Positions 1 through 4,947 are shown, numbered from the stretch's first letter. The stretch is DNA of 4,947 nucleotides from a virus (IMGVR_UViG_2740892439_000004:1-4947); one strand, 5' to 3'. Program-made: numbers and translations. Notes: generated by a model not told the origin, from the letters alone.

Positions 1-51
1 GGACGCAATGCCTGAAATAATTTTTTTGCAAATCACAAAGTCCATTTAATG

Positions 52-76
52 AGCCTCGCGATGCGGGGCTTTTTTT
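52..76 (+). terminator. rho-independent (intrinsic) terminator
   Basis: Inverted repeat agcctcgc / gcggggct (8 bp stem with one G-U pair, 3-nt loop gat) at 52-70, followed directly by a T-run at 70-76. The U-tract exists only on the + strand, so it ends a rightward transcript coming from upstream of the window. Confidence 0.6.
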
Positions 77-225
77 ACATCTGAATTTCACAGCGCATCT
101 CACGCGCATATTACATCACCCGAGCCTTTCAGAAAGTTGAGCCTGAGAACTGCCGTATATGGTGGCGACCATCTCGGGGCGGCTTTTCTGTGAGACAGGC
201 TCACTTTCTAAAAGGTAAAGACGCT

Positions 226-714
226 ATGAACCAATTAGAAGAAAAGCTTCAAAGAATGATTTCCTTATACAAGGAAGATAACTGCCAAAAAGTTCCTGAA
301 AACATCGCAGAGTTAATGGAATTGGCAAGTGAATTTTCTGGCATGCTTAAGTCGTCAGGTGTTCGGTCAGCGTTCTTTGTTGAAATGCTGATGCACGGCG
401 GACTTATGGCAACAATGAGACGTGTAATGGAAGACCAGAGAAAAGAACCTCCTCAGGTATACGTTTTGTCATCGAAGAAAACTGGGCTAACCAAAATTGG
501 GTATTCATCCAACATTCCACAACGCATCAAATCGCTTGGCAACTCTGGACCAGACTGCTTGAAGCTTGAGTGCCTGATCCCTGGTGGAAGAGAAACTGAA
601 AACATGCTTCATCGCAAATTTGCCGCAAAGAGAAAGCACGGTGAATGGTTCGCCCTGTCCAAGGATGACATTGAGGGATTGAAATCTGTAGCGATTACTT
701 CTGATGGCTATTAA
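226..714 (+). CDS. T5orf172 / GIY-YIG-like domain protein with an uncharacterised N-terminal helical domain (163 aa)
   Basis: ORF-track frame 190..714. I prefer the ATG at 226 (MNQLEEK...) because AAGG at 212-215 sits about 10 nt upstream, whereas 190 is a GTG with no RBS. The C-terminal half carries the motif series VYVL...GLTKIGYS...RIKSL...ENMLHRKF...GEWF that I recognise as the T5orf172 (PF10544-type, GIY-YIG-related) fold. Very AT-rich codon usage compared with the lambda structural genes downstream. Stop TAA at 712-714. Confidence 0.75.
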   Translation: MNQLEEKLQRMISLYKEDNCQKVPENIAELMELASEFSGMLKSSGVRSAFFVEMLMHGGLMATMRRVMEDQRKEPPQVYVLSSKKTGLTKIGYSSNIPQRIKSLGNSGPDCLKLECLIPGGRETENMLHRKFAAKRKHGEWFALSKDDIEGLKSVAITSDGY

Positions 715-753
715 TGCTTGTTTAGAGCAATTTTCATAACAACTCTTCATTAC

Positions 754-783
754 AAAGCCCATCTACTGGTGGGCTTGATAATG
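754..783. repeat. hairpin repeat copy 1 (stem aagccca/tgggctt, then gataatg)
   Basis: 7-bp stem 755-761 pairs with 770-776 around an 8-nt loop, followed by GATAATG at 777-783. Lies between the convergent 226-714 gene and the minus-strand region. A second copy with the same architecture is at 1111-1143. Confidence 0.4.
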
Positions 784-1028
784 AAACCGTGATTTACATC
801 CCCACAATCCGGGTATGTAAAAGATAGTTCAGGCGAGAACGGATTTAACTAAATCTGTGCGCCACCAGTTAACGGCAGTACCACGAAACAACCCAAGCCA
901 GTAAGTGGGGAAATAACACCGGCAGCCACTGAAAGATGAACCTCCTGCCTTATGGCAAAAAAGATTCTTTGTGGTGGCGGACTGATGGAAAGACATCCTA
1001 ATTTCAGCCAAACATTGAAGGAGTTGTT

Positions 1029-1100
1029 ATGTCAGCAGAAGGTTTCAATAACCCATCAAAATTCCGGGATGAGTGGGATAGCAGCGTAAAGAGTAAGTGA
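1029..1100 (+). CDS. candidate small ORF (23 aa, MSAEGFNNPSKFRDEWDSSVKSK) with a strong Shine-Dalgarno
   Basis: GAAGGAG at 1017-1023 lies 5 nt before the ATG at 1029, the best SD match in the window. Stop TGA at 1098-1100. Too short for compositional evidence and no clear promoter found. Confidence 0.2.
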   Translation: MSAEGFNNPSKFRDEWDSSVKSK

Positions 1101-1110
1101 TGCCATCACA

Positions 1111-1143
1111 AAAGCCATTCCCTACAGAGTGGCTTTGATAATG
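1111..1143. repeat. hairpin repeat copy 2 (stem aaagcca/tggcttt, then gataatg)
   Basis: 7-bp stem 1111-1117 pairs with 1130-1136 around a 12-nt loop, followed by GATAATG at 1137-1143. Same flanking words as copy 1 (cat-aca-aagcc on the left, gctt-gataatg on the right). On the minus strand the stem is followed by a U-rich run (uuuugugau), so it may terminate the minus-strand genes upstream of it. Confidence 0.4.
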
Positions 1144-1182
1144 GCTTATACCCTACACGGGATAACTTAACTGATATCCCTT

Positions 1183-1347
1183 TTAAAGGATAAAGGTATT
1201 CAAGCCTGACACATCATGCGCTGTATCGTCGCCGTATTCCCGTATTAACAGAGACCGTAGCCCGACGGGGAACTCCTTCTGCGCGAGTGTGCGGGAATAA
1301 TCAAAAACGATGCACACCGGGGTTACCGGGTACACATATTTCATCAT
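1183..1347 (-). CDS. candidate small ORF (54 aa) or gene remnant, below the ORF-track cutoff
   Basis: Minus-strand ATG at 1347 to TAA at 1185-1183 (MMKYVYPVTPVCIVFDYSRTLAQKEFPVGLRSLLIREYGDDTAHDVSGLNTFIL), found by manual translation. Sits 45 bp downstream of the 136-aa gene in a locally GC-richer islet (about 1200-1392). No convincing RBS. Confidence 0.2.
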   Translation of the reverse strand: MMKYVYPVTPVCIVFDYSRTLAQKEFPVGLRSLLIREYGDDTAHDVSGLNTFIL

Positions 1348-1392
1348 GCCAGCGAGTCCGGTTCTGGCACGGAAGAAACCGGACGTTATGAT

Positions 1393-1803
1393 TTAGTGCG
1401 GAAATATTTGTGTAGTGTTCTGAATGTTCTCAGTAAAGAGTAATGAATTATCAAAGGTATAGTAATACCTTTTGTTTTCGTGGATATTTGTAATCCATCT
1501 GAAAACCCCTGCTGTAGCAAGATTTTTCCTGTATTCGTAAAATGATAACTCTCCTGATTTGAATCCTTTTAATGTGGCTTCTATAAGGCATTTATTTTTT
1601 GAAAATCTTACATTTACAACCTTACCCTGTCCTTTTATTAAAACCGTATTATCGTTTTCAAGAACAAGATGAATATTCTCTGTGGCTAAATAGTAAATGT
1701 AATGTGAGACATTGTGACGTTTTAGTTCAGAATAAAACCAGTGATAGTTTAAATTATTTCGCACTTTATCGAATATTTGTTTAAAAATGGCAACCTGAGC
1801 CAT
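1393..1803 (-). CDS. hypothetical protein (136 aa), Tyr/Asn-rich, no family recognised
   Basis: ORF-track frame 1393..1818. I prefer the second Met (MAQVAIFKQ..., ATG at 1803) because GGAAGG lies 7 nt upstream on the minus strand. A 400+ nt open frame in very AT-rich DNA, where stops are frequent, argues for real coding. The antisense + ORF 1599..1784 is treated as a shadow. Confidence 0.6.
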   Translation of the reverse strand: MAQVAIFKQIFDKVRNNLNYHWFYSELKRHNVSHYIYYLATENIHLVLENDNTVLIKGQGKVVNVRFSKNKCLIEATLKGFKSGELSFYEYRKNLATAGVFRWITNIHENKRYYYTFDNSLLFTENIQNTTQIFPH

Positions 1804-1860
1804 TGTAGTACCTTCCATGTGATATGAGGGTACCTAGTCTGCACGATTATCTAAATTGCT

Positions 1861-2094
1861 TCAATCTGGTCTGACCTGCTTTCTGAGCAATTCAGTAATG
1901 TCACTCTTTTCTTTGTTTGCTTCAGGCGAAACTCTTTTTTCTGAGCACAGTCTTCGGCGGCAGGCTTCAATGACCCAGGCTGAGAAGTTCCCAGACCCTT
2001 TTTGATCAAGAGCGATGTTAATTTGTTCAATCATTTGGTTAGGAAAGCGGATGTTGCGGGTTGTTGTTCTGCGGGTTCTGTTCTTCGTTGACAT
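1861..2094 (-). CDS. ribbon-helix-helix (Arc/CopG-like) DNA-binding protein (77 aa)
   Basis: The N-terminal region reads as a beta-strand (RNIRFP), helix A (NQMIEQINIALDQKG), a G-x-N turn, then helix B (NFSAWVIEACRRRL), matching RHH architecture. It is preceded by a basic Arg/Thr-rich tail and followed by a charged C-terminal extension. It lies 57 bp upstream of, and co-oriented with, the 136-aa gene. Confidence 0.6.
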   Translation of the reverse strand: MSTKNRTRRTTTRNIRFPNQMIEQINIALDQKGSGNFSAWVIEACRRRLCSEKRVSPEANKEKSDITELLRKQVRPD

Positions 2095-2163
2095 GAGGTT
2101 GTCCCGTATTCAGTGTCGCTGATTTGTATTGTCTGAAGTTGTTTTTACGTTAAGTTGATGCAG

Positions 2164-2196
2164 ATCAATTAATATGATACCTGCGTCATAATTGAT
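2164..2196. promoter_or_regulatory. imperfect inverted repeat (ATCAATTAatATGA ... TCATAATTGAT), candidate operator upstream of the RHH gene
   Basis: Arms at 2164-2177 and 2186-2196 are reverse-complementary except for a 2-nt indel, centred on tacctgcg, and sit about 70-100 bp upstream of the minus-strand RHH start in AT-rich DNA. No promoter hexamers could be assigned confidently. Confidence 0.25.
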
Positions 2197-2242
2197 TATT
2201 TGACGTGGTTTGATGGCGTAGATGCACGTTGTGACATGCAGA

Positions 2243-2465
2243 TGATAATTATTATCATTTTGCGGGTCCTTTCCGGCGATCCGACAGGTTACGGGGCGGC
2301 GACCTCGCGGGTTTTTGCTATTTATGAAAATTTTCCGGTTTAAGGTGTTTCCGTTCTTCTTCGTCGTAACTTAATGTTTTTATTTAAAATACCCCCTGAA
2401 AAGAAAGGAAACGACAGGTGCTGAAAACGAGCTTTTGGGCCTTTGTCGTTTCCTTTCTCTGTTTT
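2243..2465 (+). other. cos: lambdoid cohesive-end site cos (cosQ-side sequence, cosN, cosB with R3-I1-R2-R1)
   Basis: 2262-2293 reads ttgcgggtcctttccggcgatccgacaggttacg, the lambda right end with two mismatches. 2294-2305 is GGGCGGCGACCT, the lambda 12-nt cohesive end, followed by cgcgggtttttgctatttatgaaaattttccgg. R3-like gtttccgttcttc lies at 2347-2359 and an A/T-rich I1 region at about 2367-2391. R2 (2402-2416, agaaaggaaacgaca) and R1 (2444-2458, tgtcgtttcctttct) are an exact 15-bp inverted repeat. About 95% identical to the lambda sequence as I recall it. A palindrome GATAATtATTATC sits at 2243-2255. Confidence 0.9.
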
Positions 2466-2482
2466 TGGCCGTGGAATGAACA

Positions 2483-2671
2483 ATGGAAGTCAACAAAAAG
2501 CAGCTGGCTGACATTTTCGGTGCGAGTATCCGTACCATTCAGAACTGGCAGGAACAGGGAATGCCCGTTCTGCGAGGCGGTGGCAAGGGTAATGAGGTGC
2601 TTTATGACTCTGCCGCCGTCATAAAATGGTATGCCGAAATCTGGCGGATCCGGCGCGTGAGTTCACCATGA
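2483..2671 (+). pseudogene. nu1: terminase small subunit Nu1, truncated after codon 52 by an internal deletion
   Basis: MEVNKKQLADIFGASIRTIQNWQEQGMPVLRGGGKGNEVLYDSAAVIKWYAE matches the lambda gpNu1 N-terminus (winged-HTH DNA-binding region). After nucleotide 2639 the frame reads IWRIRRVSSP and stops at 2669-2671. Confidence 0.85.
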
Positions 2672-2736
2672 TTCAGTCAGCACCGCTGATGCTGCTGGCT
2701 GACCCTGATGAGTTCGTGTCCGTACAACTGGCGTAA
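2640..2736 (+). pseudogene. E: 3-prime remnant of major capsid gene E (last ~32 codons)
   Basis: The frame ending at TAA 2734-2736 reads ...LADPAREFTMIQSAPLMLLADPDEFVSVQLA, matching the lambda gpE C-terminus (...DPAREFTMIQSAPLMLLADPDEFVSVQLA). It has no start codon and is out of frame with the Nu1 stub. Confidence 0.7.
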
Positions 2737-2777
2737 TCATGGCCCTTCGGGGCCATTGTTTCTCTGTGGAGGAGTCC

Positions 2778-3176
2778 ATGACGAAAGATGAACTGATTGC
2801 CCGTCTCCGCTCGCTGGGTGAACAACTGAACCGTGATGTCAGCCTGACGGGGACGAAAGAAGAACTGGCGCTCCGTGTGGCAGAGCTGGAAGAGGAGCTT
2901 GATGACACGGATGAAACTGCCGGTCAGGACACCCCTCTCAGCCGGGAAAATGTGCTGACCGGACATGAAAATGAGGTGGGATCAGCGCAGCCGGATACCG
3001 TGATTCTGGATACGTCTGAACTGGTCACGGTCGTGGCACTGGTGAAGCTGCATACTGATGCACTTCACGCCACGCGGGATGAACCTGTGGCATTTGTGCT
3101 GCCGGGAACGGCGTTTCGTGTCTCTGCCGGTGTGGCAGCCGAAATGACAGAGCGCGGCCTGGCCAGAATGCAATAA
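2778..3176 (+). CDS. FI: head-tail joining / DNA packaging protein FI (132 aa)
   Basis: MTKDELIARLRSLGEQLNRDVSLTGTKEELALRVAELEEELDDTDETAGQDTPLSRENVL... matches lambda gpFI almost exactly. GGAGGA lies 4 nt before the ATG at 2778. The ORF-track start at 2739 is an upstream in-frame extension. Stop TAA at 3174-3176. Confidence 0.9.
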   Translation: MTKDELIARLRSLGEQLNRDVSLTGTKEELALRVAELEEELDDTDETAGQDTPLSRENVLTGHENEVGSAQPDTVILDTSELVTVVALVKLHTDALHATRDEPVAFVLPGTAFRVSAGVAAEMTERGLARMQ

Positions 3177-3187
3177 CGGGAGGCGCT

Positions 3188-3541
3188 GTGGCTGATTTCG
3201 ATAACCTGTTCGATGCTGCCATTGCCTGCGCCGATGAAACGATACGCGGGTACATGGGAACGTCAGCCACCATGACATCCGGTGAGCAGTCCGGTGCTGT
3301 GATACGTGGTGTTTTTGATGACCCTGAAAATATCAGCTATGCCGGACAGGGCGTGCGCGTTGAAGGCTCCAGCCCGTCCCTGTTTGTCCGGACTGATGAT
3401 GTGCGGCAGCTGCGGCGCGGCGACACGCTGACCATCGGTGAGGAAAACTTCTGGATAGACCGGATTTCGCCGGATGATGGCGGAAGCTGTCATCTCTGGC
3501 TTGGGCGGGGCGTACCGCCTGCCGTTAACCGTCGCCGCTGA
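3188..3541 (+). CDS. FII: head completion protein FII (117 aa)
   Basis: MADFDNLFDAAIACADETIRGYMGTSATMTSGEQSGAVIRGVFDDPENISYAGQGVRVEGSSPSLFVRTDDVRQLRRGDTLTIGEENFWIDRISPDDGGSCHLWLGRGVPPAVNRRR matches lambda gpFII with a few substitutions. GTG start with GGGAGG 4 nt upstream. Confidence 0.9.
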   Translation: MADFDNLFDAAIACADETIRGYMGTSATMTSGEQSGAVIRGVFDDPENISYAGQGVRVEGSSPSLFVRTDDVRQLRRGDTLTIGEENFWIDRISPDDGGSCHLWLGRGVPPAVNRRR

Positions 3542-3552
3542 AAGGGGGATGT

Positions 3553-4130
3553 ATGGCCATAAAAGGTCTTGAGCAGGCCGTTGAAAACCTCAGCCGTATC
3601 AGCAGAACGGCGGTGCCCGGTGCCGCCGCAATGGCCATTAACCGCGTTGCTTCATCCGCGATATCGCAGTCGGTGGTACAGGTTGCCCGTGAGACAAAGG
3701 TACGCCGGAAACTGGTAAAGGAAAGGGCCAGGCTGAAAAGGGCCACGGTCAAAAATCCGCAGGCCAGAATCAAGGTTAACCGGGGGGATTTGCCCGTAAT
3801 AAAGCTGGGTAACGCGCGGGTTGTCCTGTCCCGACGCAGGCGTCGTAAAAAGGGGCAGCGTTCAGCCTGAAAGGTGGCGGCAGTGTGCTTGTGGTGGGTA
3901 ACCGTCGTATTCCCGGCGCGTTTATTCAGCAACTGAAAAACGGCCGGTGGCATGTTATGCAGCGTGTGGCCGGGAAAAACCGTTACCCCATTGATGTGGT
4001 GAAAATCCCGATGGCGGTGCCGCTGACCACGGCGTTTAAACAGAATATTGAACGGATACGGCGTGAACGTCTTCCGAAAGAGCTGGGCTATGCGCTGCAG
4101 CATCAACTGAGGATGGTAATAAAGCGATGA
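3553..4130 (+). pseudogene. Z: tail completion protein Z, disrupted by a 1-nt frameshift
   Basis: 3553-3870 encodes the gpZ N-terminus (MAIKGLEQAVENLSRIS...RRRRRKKGQRS) and then stops. 3885-4130, in another frame, encodes the gpZ C-terminus (LVVGNRRIPGAFIQQLKNGRWHVMQR...HQLRMVIKR). The total span is 578 nt, one short of an intact 579-nt Z, placing a single-base deletion near 3862-3867. Confidence 0.8.
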
Positions 4131-4522
4131 AACATACTGAACTCCGTGCAGCCGTACTGGATGCACTGGAGAAGCATGACACCGGGGCGACGTTTTTTGA
4201 TGGTCGCCCCGCTGTTTTTGATGAGGCGGATTTTCCGGCAGTTGCCGTTTATCTCACCGGCGCTGAATACACGGGCGAAGAGCTGGACAGCGATACCTGG
4301 CAGGCGGAGCTGCATATCGAAGTTTTCCTGCCTGCTCAGGTGCCGGATTCAGAGCTGGATGCGTGGATGGAGTCCCGGATTTATCCGGTGATGAGCGATA
4401 TCCCGGCACTGTCAGATTTGATCACCAGTATGGTGGCCAGCGGCTATGACTACCGGCGCGACGATGATGCGGGCCTGTGGAGTTCAGCCGATCTGACTTA
4501 TGTCATTACCTATGAAATGTGA
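4127..4522 (+). CDS. U: tail terminator protein U (131 aa)
   Basis: MKHTELRAAVLDALEKHDTGATFFDGRPAVFDEADFPAVAVYLTGAEYTGEELDSDTWQAELHIEVFLP... matches lambda gpU. Its ATG overlaps the Z stop (ATGA at 4127-4130), as in lambda. Confidence 0.9.
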   Translation: MKHTELRAAVLDALEKHDTGATFFDGRPAVFDEADFPAVAVYLTGAEYTGEELDSDTWQAELHIEVFLPAQVPDSELDAWMESRIYPVMSDIPALSDLITSMVASGYDYRRDDDAGLWSSADLTYVITYEM

Positions 4523-4529
4523 GGACGCT

Positions 4530-4550
4530 ATGCCTGTACGGAAACATTGA
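4530..4550 (+). pseudogene. V: remnant of major tail protein gene V (start plus 2 codons, then deletion junction)
   Basis: GAGGA RBS followed by atgcctgtac, identical to the lambda V start (MPV). The sequence diverges from lambda at 4540 and the frame stops at 4548-4550 (MPVRKH*). Confidence 0.6.
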
Positions 4551-4947
4551 CTTTATCGAGATCTCGGCGCGCGGTCTGCCTTCTTCGCTTACTGCTGATA
4601 ATGTATCTCGTTACCTGAGTATACGCCGTTTAGGGCCAACCGGGCTAATCAATAGCATGCAAATGCGTTACGGCCTGGTTAAAGATGATGGCTTTATTGA
4701 GGTTTGGGCCTTCCAGCGTGCATTTATCAACGGCGCAAAGGTTGCGGTACTGGCGCAGACGGCACGCACGGAATTATACATTCCAGACGGATTTGTTAAG
4801 CAAACCGCCGCGCCTTCTGGATATGTTGAAAGCCCCGTTGTAAGGATTTACGACCAGTTAAACAAGCCGACTAAAGCAGATTTGGGTCTTTCTAATGCTA
4901 TGCTTACAGGCGCTTTCGGTCTTGGCGGTAGCGGGATAGCAACAACC
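4540..4947 (+). CDS. 5-prime-truncated ORF fragment of unknown function (136 codons, runs off the window end), fused at the V deletion junction
   Basis: Frame 1 is open from 4516 to the window end (...GNIDFIEISARGLPSSLTADNVSRYLSIRRLGPTGLINSMQMRYGLVKDDGFIEVWAFQRAFINGAKVAVLAQTARTELYIPDGFVKQTAAPSGYVESPVVRIYDQLNKPTKADLGLSNAMLTGAFGLGGSGIATT). All three minus-strand frames are interrupted by stops every 180 nt or less here. No start codon with an RBS, and I do not recognise it as a lambda protein. The first in-frame ATG (4657) has no SD. Confidence 0.45.

Noticed and set aside
190-225. GTG start at 190 for the 226-714 gene, as given in the track
   Set aside because: No Shine-Dalgarno precedes the GTG, whereas the ATG at 226 has AAGG about 10 nt upstream. 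The extra 12 residues are probably not translated.
505-762. 85-aa minus-strand ORF from the track
   Set aside because: Lies almost entirely antisense to the T5orf172-domain gene, which has a recognisable domain and RBS. Treated as a shadow ORF.
764-771. Chi-like octamer actggtgg
   Set aside because: It differs from the Chi sequence GCTGGTGG at the first base and lies inside the hairpin stem-loop. Not a Chi site.
829-1011. 60-aa minus-strand ORF from the track
   Set aside because: It begins at a TTG. The first in-frame ATG has only an AGGA directly abutting it, with no usable spacer, and there is no recognisable motif. It may be a remnant of a degraded gene but I cannot support it as a gene.
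1599-1784. 61-aa + strand ORF from the track
   Set aside because: Fully embedded antisense within the longer, RBS-bearing 136-aa minus-strand ORF and has no RBS of its own.
2418-2624. 68-aa + strand ORF overlapping cosB and the Nu1 start
   Set aside because: Out of frame with the clearly lambda-like Nu1 coding sequence and beginning inside the cosB R2 site. A chance ORF.
2646-2651. GGATCC (BamHI site) at the Nu1/E deletion junction, considered as a possible cloning linker
   Set aside because: The hexamer is part of in-frame codons (gcg-gat-ccg, A-D-P) that match the E C-terminal sequence, so it is most likely native sequence rather than a linker.
2739-2777. Upstream extension of FI (MALRGHCFSVEES...) given in the track
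   Set aside because: The lambda-type FI begins at MTKDELIAR (ATG 2778) with GGAGGA just upstream, and the extension overlaps the E stop region.
2663-4391. Minus-strand and alternate-frame ORFs from the track (2663..2908, 2673..2966, 2982..3278, 3025..3273, 3263..3493, 3525..4166, 4103..4315, 4146..4391)
   Set aside because: All overlap the FI, FII, Z and U genes, whose products match lambda proteins nearly residue for residue. These are shadow frames typical of GC-rich coding DNA.
1-4947. CRISPR array, tRNA, rRNA, integrase/attachment site or insertion sequence
   Set aside because: No regularly spaced direct repeats, no cloverleaf-capable segment, no rRNA-like conserved blocks and no transposase or integrase ORF are present. 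Nothing supports any of these in this window.

Overview
This window is the cos-proximal junction of a decayed lambdoid (phage lambda-like) prophage in an enterobacterial background, read entirely by eye with no searches run. The left ~2.1 kb is AT-rich accessory DNA: an intrinsic terminator (52-76), a + strand gene for a T5orf172/GIY-YIG-like domain protein (226-714), a ~680 bp low-coding stretch with two related hairpin repeats and small ORFs, and a minus-strand gene pair encoding a ribbon-helix-helix protein (2094-1861) and a 136-aa protein of unknown function (1803-1393). A lambda-type cosN (GGGCGGCGACCT, 2294-2305) follows, with lambda right-end sequence on its left and a complete cosB (R3, I1, R2, R1) on its right. 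The lambda morphogenetic operon beyond it is broken: Nu1 is intact for 52 codons and then joined at 2639/2640 to the last ~32 codons of capsid gene E, so the terminase large subunit, portal, protease/scaffold, decoration and most capsid genes are absent. FI, FII and U look intact, Z carries a 1-nt frameshift, and V is cut after 3 codons and fused out of frame to a 136-codon fragment of an unidentified gene that runs off the window end. No rRNA, tRNA or CRISPR array is visible. The best candidate for an undescribed system is the AT-rich cargo between the terminator and cos, namely the T5orf172-domain gene and the convergent RHH + unknown-protein pair.
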